Of a stretch of DNA of 64,000 bases, positions 9,360 through 18,435 are shown one piece after another (the first letter of the stretch is position 1; every line of letters begins with the position of its first letter). Under the pieces are notes generated by a model. It was not told where the DNA came from and searched no databases. It saw nothing but the letters and a program-made list of their open reading frames with translations. The stretch is from an uncultured cyanobacterium (lineage in GTDB: Bacteria; Cyanobacteriota; Cyanobacteriia; Cyanobacteriales; Nostocaceae): contig OY970166.1 in the NCBI GenBank assembly GCA_963706595.1, forward strand, positions 1,728,001 through 1,792,000, given 5' to 3'. Position numbers and translations under genes: made by a program.

Positions 9360-10535
9360 CTAAAACATATCAGCCGGGTCAGCAGACCGCAGTTTCCGGG
9401 TGGCGATCGCTCCAGAAATTGAACACATAATTATGGTTAAAATTAGTACATGAAATCCCCGAATTGCCGTCATATACATCGGTAAATTTGTCGCCGTACG
9501 AGTCATTTGGTAAAGTCCCAAGGATACTGCTACCCCTGGAATAAAGCCTAATGCTGCTAAAATCAAAGTCTGTTCAAACACTACACTGAGCAAATAGTGA
9601 TTTCGATACCCCAAGGCTTTAAAAGTAGCGTATTCCCTGGTATGGGCATTGACATCAGTGGAAAGAACTTGATAAACCAGAATTACTCCCACTGCAAACC
9701 CCATTGATACACCCAGGCTAAAAATGAACCCAATGGGGGAGTTTGTTCTCCAGAAGTTGTTCTCAAATTCAATAAATTCTGCGTGAGTCATGACGCTGAC
9801 ATCATCTCTGAGGTAAGCTTGTAAGGCGATCGCTACCTGTTTCGGGTCATAACCTGGTTTTACCTTGATTAAACCGAGACTGATACTGCTGGCTGGTCGT
9901 CGGGAAAATAAGCGTAAAAAGTTTTGATCGCTGGTGATCAAGCTACCATCAGAACCAAAAGAAGCGCCTACTGTGAATAAACCACTAATGGTAATTGTGC
10001 GCCCATCTATTTCGGTAGTCAGTTTTTTACCTTGGTCAATTTGAGCGATCGCCTTTTGATAATCTCCCCTAGCACTACGATCAAACAAAACGGTATCTGG
10101 TAGCTTGATTGACTGTAATTGCTGATTCACATCCGGTAAATCAAAAGCTGGTTTATCTGGATTAAAGCCGATGACTTGCACCGAAGTCTGGCGGCGGGTT
10201 TGGGGATTCTTCCAAATGATGTTGTTGACATACATTGCTTCAGCCGAATATACCCCTGGGATATCCATTGCTTGGTAAAGCCGCCGCCGGGAAAAGGTGG
10301 GCATATTTTGCAGGCTTCGGGCTTGGGGACTAGTTAAAACAATGTCTGCTTGCAAACTGCGATGTAGTCGAGTGTTACTGTCGTATAGCGCGGTTTGAAA
10401 GCCCATCTGCATAAACATCAACACATCCGCAAAGGCAATGCCTGACAATGCTACCAATAAACGGCTTTTTTCGTGACTCAGTTGCAGCCATCCTAAAGGT
10501 GTGCGTCGTCGCAGTTGTTTGATTAGTCCCATCAT
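9360..10535 (-). CDS. DevC-family ABC exporter permease
   Basis: RTPLGWLQL N-terminus, FtsX-like TMs, KLRSADPADMF C-terminus. Confidence 0.93.
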   Translation of the reverse strand: MMGLIKQLRRRTPLGWLQLSHEKSRLLVALSGIAFADVLMFMQMGFQTALYDSNTRLHRSLQADIVLTSPQARSLQNMPTFSRRRLYQAMDIPGVYSAEAMYVNNIIWKNPQTRRQTSVQVIGFNPDKPAFDLPDVNQQLQSIKLPDTVLFDRSARGDYQKAIAQIDQGKKLTTEIDGRTITISGLFTVGASFGSDGSLITSDQNFLRLFSRRPASSISLGLIKVKPGYDPKQVAIALQAYLRDDVSVMTHAEFIEFENNFWRTNSPIGFIFSLGVSMGFAVGVILVYQVLSTDVNAHTREYATFKALGYRNHYLLSVVFEQTLILAALGFIPGVAVSLGLYQMTRTATNLPMYMTAIRGFHVLILTIIMCSISGAIATRKLRSADPADMF

Positions 10536-10597
10536 ATAAATGAAGTGCTTCCTTCTTAAATAGAGACGCGAAAAAACAATGTGTTCCTAATTACGAA

Positions 10598-11830
10598 TTA
10601 CGAATTAGACAGTTGAATGACTGCCTTGACCTGCATATTACTTAAGTTGGCAGCTTTCTGACTGGAAGTTTCATCTAATCGGATATAAACCTCCACTACT
10701 CTGTTATCAATATTGCTAGCGGGGTCAGTATTAATCACATTTTGCCGCCGCACTTGTAAGCCTTTGCGGTCTACTGTTCCTTGTAATTCAATGGGCAGGA
10801 AATCACCAAATACTTGGACTTTCTGCCCTGGATTAACTTTGCCGATATCGCTTTCATAAACCTCGGCAATTACATACATCTCGCTGGTTTGCCCAATTTC
10901 AACAATGCCATTATTTGAGATTAATTCGCCTGGGCGGGTGTGAACCTCGAATATTTGACCATCTTGAGGCGATCGCACATAAGCTTGTTGTAGATTTGCT
11001 TGTGTTCGCTGCATGGCTGCTATGGCTCGATTTACTTCTGCTGAGGCTGCTGCTATATCGACTTGCGGCACTTCAGCAATTCGATCCAGTGTTGCTGCGG
11101 CTTCTTTAATTTGTTGCTGGCTGGTTGACTCGATGCGCGTTAACTGTGTTTGTGCCTCTTGCAGATTTTTTTGGGCTGTTTCCAGTGTTAAGCGCTTGCT
11201 GTCTCTCTGGGAGGCAGATATTGCTCCCTCTTGATACAGCTCTTGATAGCGTTGGTTTTCGGCTGTGGCGTTACGCACTTCGGCTTCCCATCTAGCCACT
11301 GCGGTTTCTTGGGCAGCAATATCACCTTGGCGTTCTGCTTGCAAGCGCGCAATTGTGGCTTCTTGTGCTAAAATCTCTCCACGTTTAGCACCTGCTTTGA
11401 TGCGGTTTAAGTTTGCCTGTTCCACTTTTACTTGTTCTTCAGCCTCTTTCAAGGCCGCCGACAAGCGATCGCGGCTGTCTAAAATTGCGATCACTTGCCC
11501 TGCTTTGATCCTATCCCCTTCCCTCACTAAAAGTTTCTCTACCCGACTTCCTTCTGGGGAAGTAGTCGCAGAGAGTTGAATAACTTTTCCTTTTGGTTCA
11601 ATACGTCCTAGAGCTGTTACCGTTTTTAACTCAGGTAGTAGTACGGCTGGCGCTGGCGTTTTCTGATTTACTGTATCCTGAAATTTTAATACCGTATAAA
11701 CACTACTACCAATTACAGTTAAAGATACAAGGATAGCGATAAACAAGGGCGGACGTAAAATCGATTGGGGAGATATTGATCGATCTAGCTTTGAGTTCTG
11801 CACGTTAGCATACCTTTGAAGCAATTGCAA
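10598..11830 (-). CDS. DevB-family membrane fusion protein
   Basis: VTALGRIEPKG, long coiled coil, DNRVVEV; start may be downstream. Confidence 0.92.
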   Translation of the reverse strand: MQLLQRYANVQNSKLDRSISPQSILRPPLFIAILVSLTVIGSSVYTVLKFQDTVNQKTPAPAVLLPELKTVTALGRIEPKGKVIQLSATTSPEGSRVEKLLVREGDRIKAGQVIAILDSRDRLSAALKEAEEQVKVEQANLNRIKAGAKRGEILAQEATIARLQAERQGDIAAQETAVARWEAEVRNATAENQRYQELYQEGAISASQRDSKRLTLETAQKNLQEAQTQLTRIESTSQQQIKEAAATLDRIAEVPQVDIAAASAEVNRAIAAMQRTQANLQQAYVRSPQDGQIFEVHTRPGELISNNGIVEIGQTSEMYVIAEVYESDIGKVNPGQKVQVFGDFLPIELQGTVDRKGLQVRRQNVINTDPASNIDNRVVEVYIRLDETSSQKAANLSNMQVKAVIQLSNS

Positions 11831-12022
11831 ATAAGCTGATTCAAATGAAAAAAAATTAAATTTTGGTAAATGTCCCGCCTAACTCTCTTTTATCACTCAC
11901 CAGAGCAAAAAATATCATGCTCTCCCTGAATTTTGGACATAATCATCGGTGTTTCCGAGACATATATAAGGTGTACCAGTCTCTAATCCTCAGTTTTCGT
12001 CAAACTGCTCGGTACTATACAA

Positions 12023-12074
12023 AACTAAACGGTTTAGTTCTATAATAGAATTATACTAAACCGACTAGTTTAGT
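12023..12074. promoter_or_regulatory. Paired TetR-type operators flanking a TATAAT -10
   Basis: AACTAAAC-G-GTTTAGTT (12023-12039) and ACTAAAC-N6-GTTTAGT (12055-12074); TATAAT at 12041. Confidence 0.7.
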
Positions 12075-12167
12075 CAAGCTATCTCCAAAAAAAGGAGATG
12101 AAAGGGCGGAGAATAATCGATACTCCAGGACTGATGAATTACAGAATTTTGCTAAAATAAGGACTAT

Positions 12168-12791
12168 TTGAACATGGCACGCCCAAAAGTGGGAGAAATC
12201 GAGCGCTCAAATTCAGCAGACAAAATGGAAAAAATTCTGCAAGGGGCGATGCAAGAATTTTTAGCTCATGGTTATGCTTCCACTAGCATGGATCGGGTAG
12301 CAGAAGCGGCTGGGGTTTCTAAGGCCACAGTATACAGTCACTTTCAAGATAAAAAAGGATTATTTAAAGCATTAATTGAGAAACTTGCCAGAAAACGGTT
12401 TTATTCCATATTGGGGTCACAACCGCTAACAGGAGAACCTTATGTAGTACTGCGTCGATTAGCCGCAACTGCATTGAATCAGATGGTTAACGATCAGGAA
12501 TATCAGTCATTTGAGCGCCTGTTGATGGGAGAATCGGCACGTTTTCCGGAGTTGGCGCAGGTATTTATTTACAGCATGGCAAAACCAGCCATTGAGACGA
12601 TCAGTAAATATTTAGCTTCTCACCCGGAATTGAAGATACCTGATCCAGAAGCCACAGCCAGAATTCTCATTGGCTCGTTGGTGCATTTCGTGATTACGCA
12701 AGAAATTATGCATGGTAAAGAGATTATACCAATGGAAAGCGATCGCTTAATAGATGCTTTAACACACTTGATTGTTAATTGTGCTGATTGA
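12168..12791 (+). CDS. TetR/AcrR family regulator divergent from the devBCA-like operon
   Basis: GYASTSMDRVAEAAGVSKATVYSHF helix-turn-helix. Confidence 0.95.
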   Translation: MNMARPKVGEIERSNSADKMEKILQGAMQEFLAHGYASTSMDRVAEAAGVSKATVYSHFQDKKGLFKALIEKLARKRFYSILGSQPLTGEPYVVLRRLAATALNQMVNDQEYQSFERLLMGESARFPELAQVFIYSMAKPAIETISKYLASHPELKIPDPEATARILIGSLVHFVITQEIMHGKEIIPMESDRLIDALTHLIVNCAD

Positions 12792-12901
12792 CCTAGCAAT
12801 GGAACTTCATTGCAAACTCTTTCGGAAGAAGGAACTCATTATGTCTGTGATTTTTTAGATTGTTCTTAGTAGATGTATAAATTTTCATTAGGCAAAATAT
12901 C

Positions 12902-13228
12902 ATGGCTAAGGAACAAGAAAATCAAATAAATCAGCCAGTCAGTCAAGATTGGCATTCCAGAGAAGAGCCAACAGCCAAGGAAAGACACTTAACAGCGAAT
13001 CCGGGAGATGTAATTGAGGAATCGAAATCACTCCAAGAGAAGGCGAAACAAGTAGCTGTGGATGCACCTGATATTACAGGTGATCACATTACCGTCCCAA
13101 CTTACTTTGTTGTGGAATACCCTGATGGGACAAAAAAGGCACTGCATCATGTCAGAGATGCAGAAGAAATTTCTGATGTGATTCGTCAAGCACGAGTAGA
13201 CGAAGATGGAAATCGCCTTTGGTGGTAG
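12902..13228 (+). CDS. Hypothetical acidic protein
   Basis: 108-aa ORF with natural composition. Confidence 0.75.
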   Translation: MAKEQENQINQPVSQDWHSREEPTAKERHLTANPGDVIEESKSLQEKAKQVAVDAPDITGDHITVPTYFVVEYPDGTKKALHHVRDAEEISDVIRQARVDEDGNRLWW

Positions 13229-13459
13229 TTTCGTGTAGTTTCAATTGAGTAGATTTATTGAACTGGGAAACTTCCATACAAGTCCAAAATTAGCCCTGGT
13301 TGGCTGTCATCAGCACATCTGGGAAATTTATGTAAAATAAGTTTTCTACAAGCAGTATTGCCAAGGGTATTCACAAGACAAAAAAACCACGCTGAAAAGC
13401 GTGGAATTTTATAATTTTACGGCGGGAAGATGATAAATAACCACTTTTAAAACATCCCC

Positions 13460-14323
13460 TTAACGGCATAACAATACAGGAATATTGCTACTTCTGAGCA
13501 GTTGGGCGGTGGTACTGCCAATTACTAAATTACGAATGCGGCTATGTCCGTAAGCTCCCATGAGTAAAAGGCTGATATCTTGTTGGGTAACATAATTGCC
13601 TATGACTTTTTCTGATTCACCTTCTATGAGGCTACAAACTGGCTTATATCCTGCTTTTTGCAAAACTTGTTGAGCTTCATTGAGTCTGTCCATTCCTGTT
13701 TGCACTGTGTTACTTTTAGCCACCGTCAGTAGATGGATCTCTAAATTTTGGAAGCTAGGAGAATCTACTAAAAATTGCAAGAGTTTTTTCCCAGTTGCAC
13801 TACCGTCATAGGCGATTAAAATACGCGAAATCGGTTTAAATTCACGGGGTATCACTAAGCATGGCTGACTACTACTCCGCACAATCCGATCTACATTTGC
13901 CCCTAAATGTCCAGAGGCAAAATCTGCGGCTTCTCCCCGTTGACCTAGAACAATTAAATCGGAATATTTTTCAAATTCATGAAAACAATCTACCAGAAAT
14001 CCGGTTTTATTAGTTAACTTAAAATCTTCGATGCCTTCAGCTTTCAGAGTTTCGCCAGCAGTCTGCAAAATCAAGCGGGCGCGTTGATTGTTCAGTTTGG
14101 CTTTTTTATGTTCTAACTCCACCAATTCATGCAGCAAGTTTTCGGAAGCATCAAGCCCAATGCTACCGCTTAAATTGCCAGTGGAAACTACTTTTTGGCT
14201 GCGAATATCGGTGACAAACAAAACATTGATGTGGGCATGAAATTGACGAGCAAACCAAGCTCCATATTTATAAACATTTTCCGCAAAAGCTGAACCATCG
14301 GTACAAAGTAAGATATTTTTCAT
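13460..14323 (-). CDS. Universal stress protein (tandem USP)
   Basis: MKNILLCTDGS...DLIVLGQRG...MGAYGHSRIRNLVIGSTT. Confidence 0.93.
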   Translation of the reverse strand: MKNILLCTDGSAFAENVYKYGAWFARQFHAHINVLFVTDIRSQKVVSTGNLSGSIGLDASENLLHELVELEHKKAKLNNQRARLILQTAGETLKAEGIEDFKLTNKTGFLVDCFHEFEKYSDLIVLGQRGEAADFASGHLGANVDRIVRSSSQPCLVIPREFKPISRILIAYDGSATGKKLLQFLVDSPSFQNLEIHLLTVAKSNTVQTGMDRLNEAQQVLQKAGYKPVCSLIEGESEKVIGNYVTQQDISLLLMGAYGHSRIRNLVIGSTTAQLLRSSNIPVLLCR

Positions 14324-14368
14324 TCTGGCTTGACTCCCTGGATATAGAAACATTAGAAGGTAAACATA

Positions 14369-15841
14369 TTACTGCTTTTTCAGAGTTTCGGCGTTTTGAG
14401 AAATTGCTAATTTATTGAGCAAAGTGGCACTAGCTTCATTGAGTCCGATGAGTTCTACATCTGCTCCATTGCGGCGAAATTTCATGACTGCTTTATCGAG
14501 GACTTCCACTGCACCTTGATCCCAGAGGTGAGCATGAGTTAAATCAATGGTGACGCGCTCGATGAGTTCGGTAAAATCAAAAGACGCGAGAAACTCATCT
14601 CTGGATAAAAAGAAAATTTGTCCGGCTACTTTGTAAATCCGATGTCCGCCATCTTCACTCAGCACTTTATCCACAAATACCAACTGAGCAATCTTATTGG
14701 AGAAGAATACTGTACTCATGACAATACCCGTCACCACGCCGATGGCAAAATTCCGGGTAAAAATTGTCACAAACATTGTTGTTAACATGACGGCGGTTTC
14801 AGTGCGGGGAATACGGGGAATATTTTTTAAGGATGACCAGCGAAATGTCCCAATTGATACCATAATCATCACGGCGACTAATGCGGCCATGGGCATTTGC
14901 TTCACCCAATCCTGTAAAAATAAAATGGCAATTAACAGGAAAACCCCGGCTGCAAGGGTTGACAGTCTTCCTCGTCCGCCAGACTGGACATTAATTACCG
15001 ATTGCCCAATCATCCCACACCCGGCCATACCTCCAAAGAAGGCGGTAACAATATTAGCAATACCTTGTCCTTTGGCTTCTTGATTTTTATCGCTGGGAGT
15101 ATCTGTGAGTTCATCCACCAAAGCAGCAGTTAAGAAGGAAGCCAATAAACCAACGATGGCTAAGGTGAGGGAATAGGGCAGAATAATCTTTAATGTGGTC
15201 AGATTCCACGGCACTTGGGGCAGCGCAAAGAAGGGTAAGCTTGAGGGTAGTTCTCCCATATCCCCGACTGTGGGAACTTCAAGTTTGAGCGCGATCGCTG
15301 CTATAGTCATCACAGCTAAAGCCACTAAGGGCGAGGGGACTACTTTGGTGAAGCGAGGTAGTATATAAATAATCCCCAAAGAAAGGATAGTCAGTATATA
15401 TACAGTGGGCGGGACGTTGGTCAGTTGGGGTAATTGAGCCAGAAAAATTAACACCGCCAAGGCGTTGATATAGCCAATCATTACCGCTCTGGGGACAAAT
15501 CTCATTTGTCGCCCTAGTTTTAGCACCCCAAACAAAACTTGAAAGATTCCGGTGAAGAAGGTGGCGGCGAATAAATACTGCAAGCCATGATCTTTGACTA
15601 AATCAATCATTAACAGCGCCATTGCGCCTGTAGCGGCGGAAATTGACCCTGGTCTGCCTCCTAAAAAGGCTGTGATCACTGCAATAATAAATGAAGCGTA
15701 TAGCCCAACTTTGGGATCTACCCCGGCAATGATTGAAAAAGCGATCGCTTCGGGGATGAGTGCCAACCCCACTACTGCACCCGCCATCATGTCTCGCTGA
15801 GTGTTAAAAAACCACTCTCGCCTCAAAATTGTTGCGTTCAA
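14369..15841 (-). CDS. SulP family anion transporter with STAS domain
   Basis: [23 protein letters not shown]-terminal STAS; operon with USP. Confidence 0.95.
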   Translation of the reverse strand: MNATILRREWFFNTQRDMMAGAVVGLALIPEAIAFSIIAGVDPKVGLYASFIIAVITAFLGGRPGSISAATGAMALLMIDLVKDHGLQYLFAATFFTGIFQVLFGVLKLGRQMRFVPRAVMIGYINALAVLIFLAQLPQLTNVPPTVYILTILSLGIIYILPRFTKVVPSPLVALAVMTIAAIALKLEVPTVGDMGELPSSLPFFALPQVPWNLTTLKIILPYSLTLAIVGLLASFLTAALVDELTDTPSDKNQEAKGQGIANIVTAFFGGMAGCGMIGQSVINVQSGGRGRLSTLAAGVFLLIAILFLQDWVKQMPMAALVAVMIMVSIGTFRWSSLKNIPRIPRTETAVMLTTMFVTIFTRNFAIGVVTGIVMSTVFFSNKIAQLVFVDKVLSEDGGHRIYKVAGQIFFLSRDEFLASFDFTELIERVTIDLTHAHLWDQGAVEVLDKAVMKFRRNGADVELIGLNEASATLLNKLAISQNAETLKKQ

Positions 15842-16277
15842 GTTTCCTCCTAGCGCCGTTATTCATCTAAAGTTACCAGCATTTTGGCGCACTTGAATTA
15901 GTTCACCTGTCAAAAATATCTCGGCAATCAAGCATACTAATTTGCAGAGTTAGATAGTATGCGGAAGGCTGAATAAGTGAATAGCTCGCGCCGACAAACT
16001 ATTATGAAGAACCAAATCAATCCACAGCCTAAACTAGTGGGATGCGATGATATCGCTCAAACTGAATGAAAGTTTGCCTATTTTCCGGCAATAATAGCTT
16101 TAATGCTGCTGTTTACTGCAAGGATCAGGCTGCTCTTTAAGGTGGACAATCCCAACTAATTAAGGCTACCGAAGAGATTGTTACCTGCAACATTATCCAA
16201 ACCTGATTACTACTGAACAACTACAAGGGCGTTGATGAATTTATCGCTAGCATACCACGGCAATGTAAAGATTTGCA

Positions 16278-17324
16278 ATGAAAAAACAAACAACCCGACA
16301 AATTACCCTGAATGGCAAACCACCCATTGTGATTGCACACCGGGGAGCTAGTGGTGAATTACCAGAGCATACTTTGGCAGCTTACAAACTGGCCATTGAA
16401 CGCGGTGCAGACTTCATTGAACCTGACCTAGTTTCTACTCAGGATGGGGTTTTGGTTGCACGACACGAACCCAATATGATTAATACTACAGATGTCGCAA
16501 ATCGTCCAGAATTTAGCGATCGCTTCACCACTAAAATCATTGATGGAGTTGCTCAAACAGGTTTTTTTGCCTGTGACTTCACTCTATCTGAAATCAAAAT
16601 CCTGCGGGCAATTATGCCGCAAGACTTCCGCCCCCAAGAGTTTAACGGTATTTATGAAATTCCGACTTTAGCGGAAATCATTCAGTTAGTTCAGCAAACA
16701 GAAGCTGATACAGGCCAGAAAATTGGCATTTATCCCGAAACCAAACACCCAACTTTCCACGCTGCTTTGAATTTGTCTTTAGAAGCAAACCTACTAGAAA
16801 CCTTAGAAATAAATGGTTTTACTGACCCCAGTCGGATTTATATCCAATCTTTTGAAGTCAGCAACCTCAAAAAACTGAGTCAACAAACTGATATACCTTT
16901 AATTCAGTTATTAAATGCTGGTGGGATCAATCTTGATGGTTCATTGATTGAAACTCAACCCTATGATTTTGTAGTTAGTGCAGATCCGCGCACCTATGCT
17001 GAACTGCGAACCCCAGCAGGTTTAGAAGAAATTGCTACCTACGCCTCTGGTATTGGTCCCTGGAAACGGATGATTGTTTCAGTTCAGGGTGTTACCGATC
17101 AAACCCTGACTGCACCCACAACCCTGGTGCAAGATGCCCATACTGCTGGCTTGGTTGTACATCCTTATACCTTCCGTAATGAAGAGCGTTTCCTCGCTGC
17201 CGACTACAAAGGCAATCCAGCCTGGGAATACATCCAGTTTATTAATTTAGGTATTGATGGCTACTTTACAGACTTTCCGGGTACAGGTAGTCAAGTGCGC
17301 GACCAAAACAGGCTTGGGATTTAA
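16278..17324 (+). CDS. glpQ: Glycerophosphodiester phosphodiesterase
   Basis: [28 protein letters not shown] and HPYTFRNE motifs. Confidence 0.9.
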   Translation: MKKQTTRQITLNGKPPIVIAHRGASGELPEHTLAAYKLAIERGADFIEPDLVSTQDGVLVARHEPNMINTTDVANRPEFSDRFTTKIIDGVAQTGFFACDFTLSEIKILRAIMPQDFRPQEFNGIYEIPTLAEIIQLVQQTEADTGQKIGIYPETKHPTFHAALNLSLEANLLETLEINGFTDPSRIYIQSFEVSNLKKLSQQTDIPLIQLLNAGGINLDGSLIETQPYDFVVSADPRTYAELRTPAGLEEIATYASGIGPWKRMIVSVQGVTDQTLTAPTTLVQDAHTAGLVVHPYTFRNEERFLAADYKGNPAWEYIQFINLGIDGYFTDFPGTGSQVRDQNRLGI

Positions 17325-17479
17325 GAGGCAGGGGTGCAGGGTGCAGGGAGCAAGGGGGAGTTAAGAGGCAGGGGTGCAGGGTGCATGCAGGGCGCAAGGG
17401 GGAGTTAAGAGGCAGGGGTGCGGGGTGCAGGGCGCAAGGGGGAGTTAAGAGGCAGGGGTGCAGGGTGCGGGGAGCAAGT
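17322..17479 (+). repeat. Four tandem ~40-bp G-rich units
   Basis: TAAGAGGCAGGGGTGCAGGGTGCAGGGnGCAAGGGGGAGT x4 (last one truncated), no spacers. Confidence 0.9.
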
Positions 17480-17601
17480 TATGCAATTCTATTAGACCCA
17501 AAAAGCATGATAAAAGTGAATTGTGGGTAAAATTAACCGAAAAATAACCTAGTATCAAAATTTCTAGAGTATTATTGTGAAAAGTATTTTTAAGAAAAAA
17601 T

Positions 17602-18387
17602 ATGACAGGAGTTTTAGAATCGGTCAATGTCTGGCAAGAAGCGGCGAGTAATCTTAATAATTTTTCCACAGCAGAAGTGTTACAACTGCTGGAAAAATAC
17701 CAAATGTTGCCGCAGCTAATCAAAGAGATAGTGCTTGACCAAGCGATCGCACCAATTTCATGTACAACAGAAGAAGAGAAAATTGCTTGGGAAAAGTTAG
17801 CCCAACAATATCAAATTACCTCTGATGATGCGCGTCAGCGTTGGCTTGAGCAAAATAACATGAGTGCAGAACAATTGGATGCGATCGCCATCCGCCAATT
17901 TAAAATAGACAAATTCAAACACCTGACTTGGGGAAACGATTTAGAATCTTATTTTTCACAACGCAAACCCCAATTAGATCGAGTAGTATATTCTCTGATT
18001 AGAACCAATGATGTGGGTATTGCTCAAGAAATCTATTTTCGCCTACAAGCAGGAGAACAAACTTTTGCCGAATTAGCACGGGAATATTCTCAAGGACCAG
18101 AAGCACAAACAAATGGTTTAGTCGGTCCCGTGGAATTGCAAACTATCCATCCAACTTTAGCAAAAATATTAGCTACTAGCCAGCCACAACAACTATTACC
18201 ACCCACTCAATTAGAAAACTGGATAGTCATAGTCCGCCTAGAGAAGTTGTTGCTGACACAGTTAGATAATTCCCTACGCCAACGCTTGCTAAATGAAAAG
18301 TTTCATACTTGGCTACAAGCCCAAATAGTAGCGCAAAATTCCCAAATTCAGCCCAGAGGAAATGCCACAGTGAAAATATCAACCTAA
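17602..18387 (+). CDS. PpiC/parvulin-type peptidylprolyl isomerase associated with T1SS
   Basis: VVYSLIR...FAELAREYSQGPEAQTNGLVGP rotamase motif. Confidence 0.9.
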   Translation: MTGVLESVNVWQEAASNLNNFSTAEVLQLLEKYQMLPQLIKEIVLDQAIAPISCTTEEEKIAWEKLAQQYQITSDDARQRWLEQNNMSAEQLDAIAIRQFKIDKFKHLTWGNDLESYFSQRKPQLDRVVYSLIRTNDVGIAQEIYFRLQAGEQTFAELAREYSQGPEAQTNGLVGPVELQTIHPTLAKILATSQPQQLLPPTQLENWIVIVRLEKLLLTQLDNSLRQRLLNEKFHTWLQAQIVAQNSQIQPRGNATVKIST

Positions 18388-18435
18388 CTTTTGGGTTGTA
18401 GTTATGAATACACTTCTAAATATACTTATCCGGGT

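Noticed and set aside
15990..16270. Gene remnant upstream of glpQ
   Set aside because: Short coding-like patches broken by stops; no family could be assigned by eye
17322..17479. CRISPR array
   Set aside because: Units are contiguous with no unique spacers, and there are no cas genes in the window
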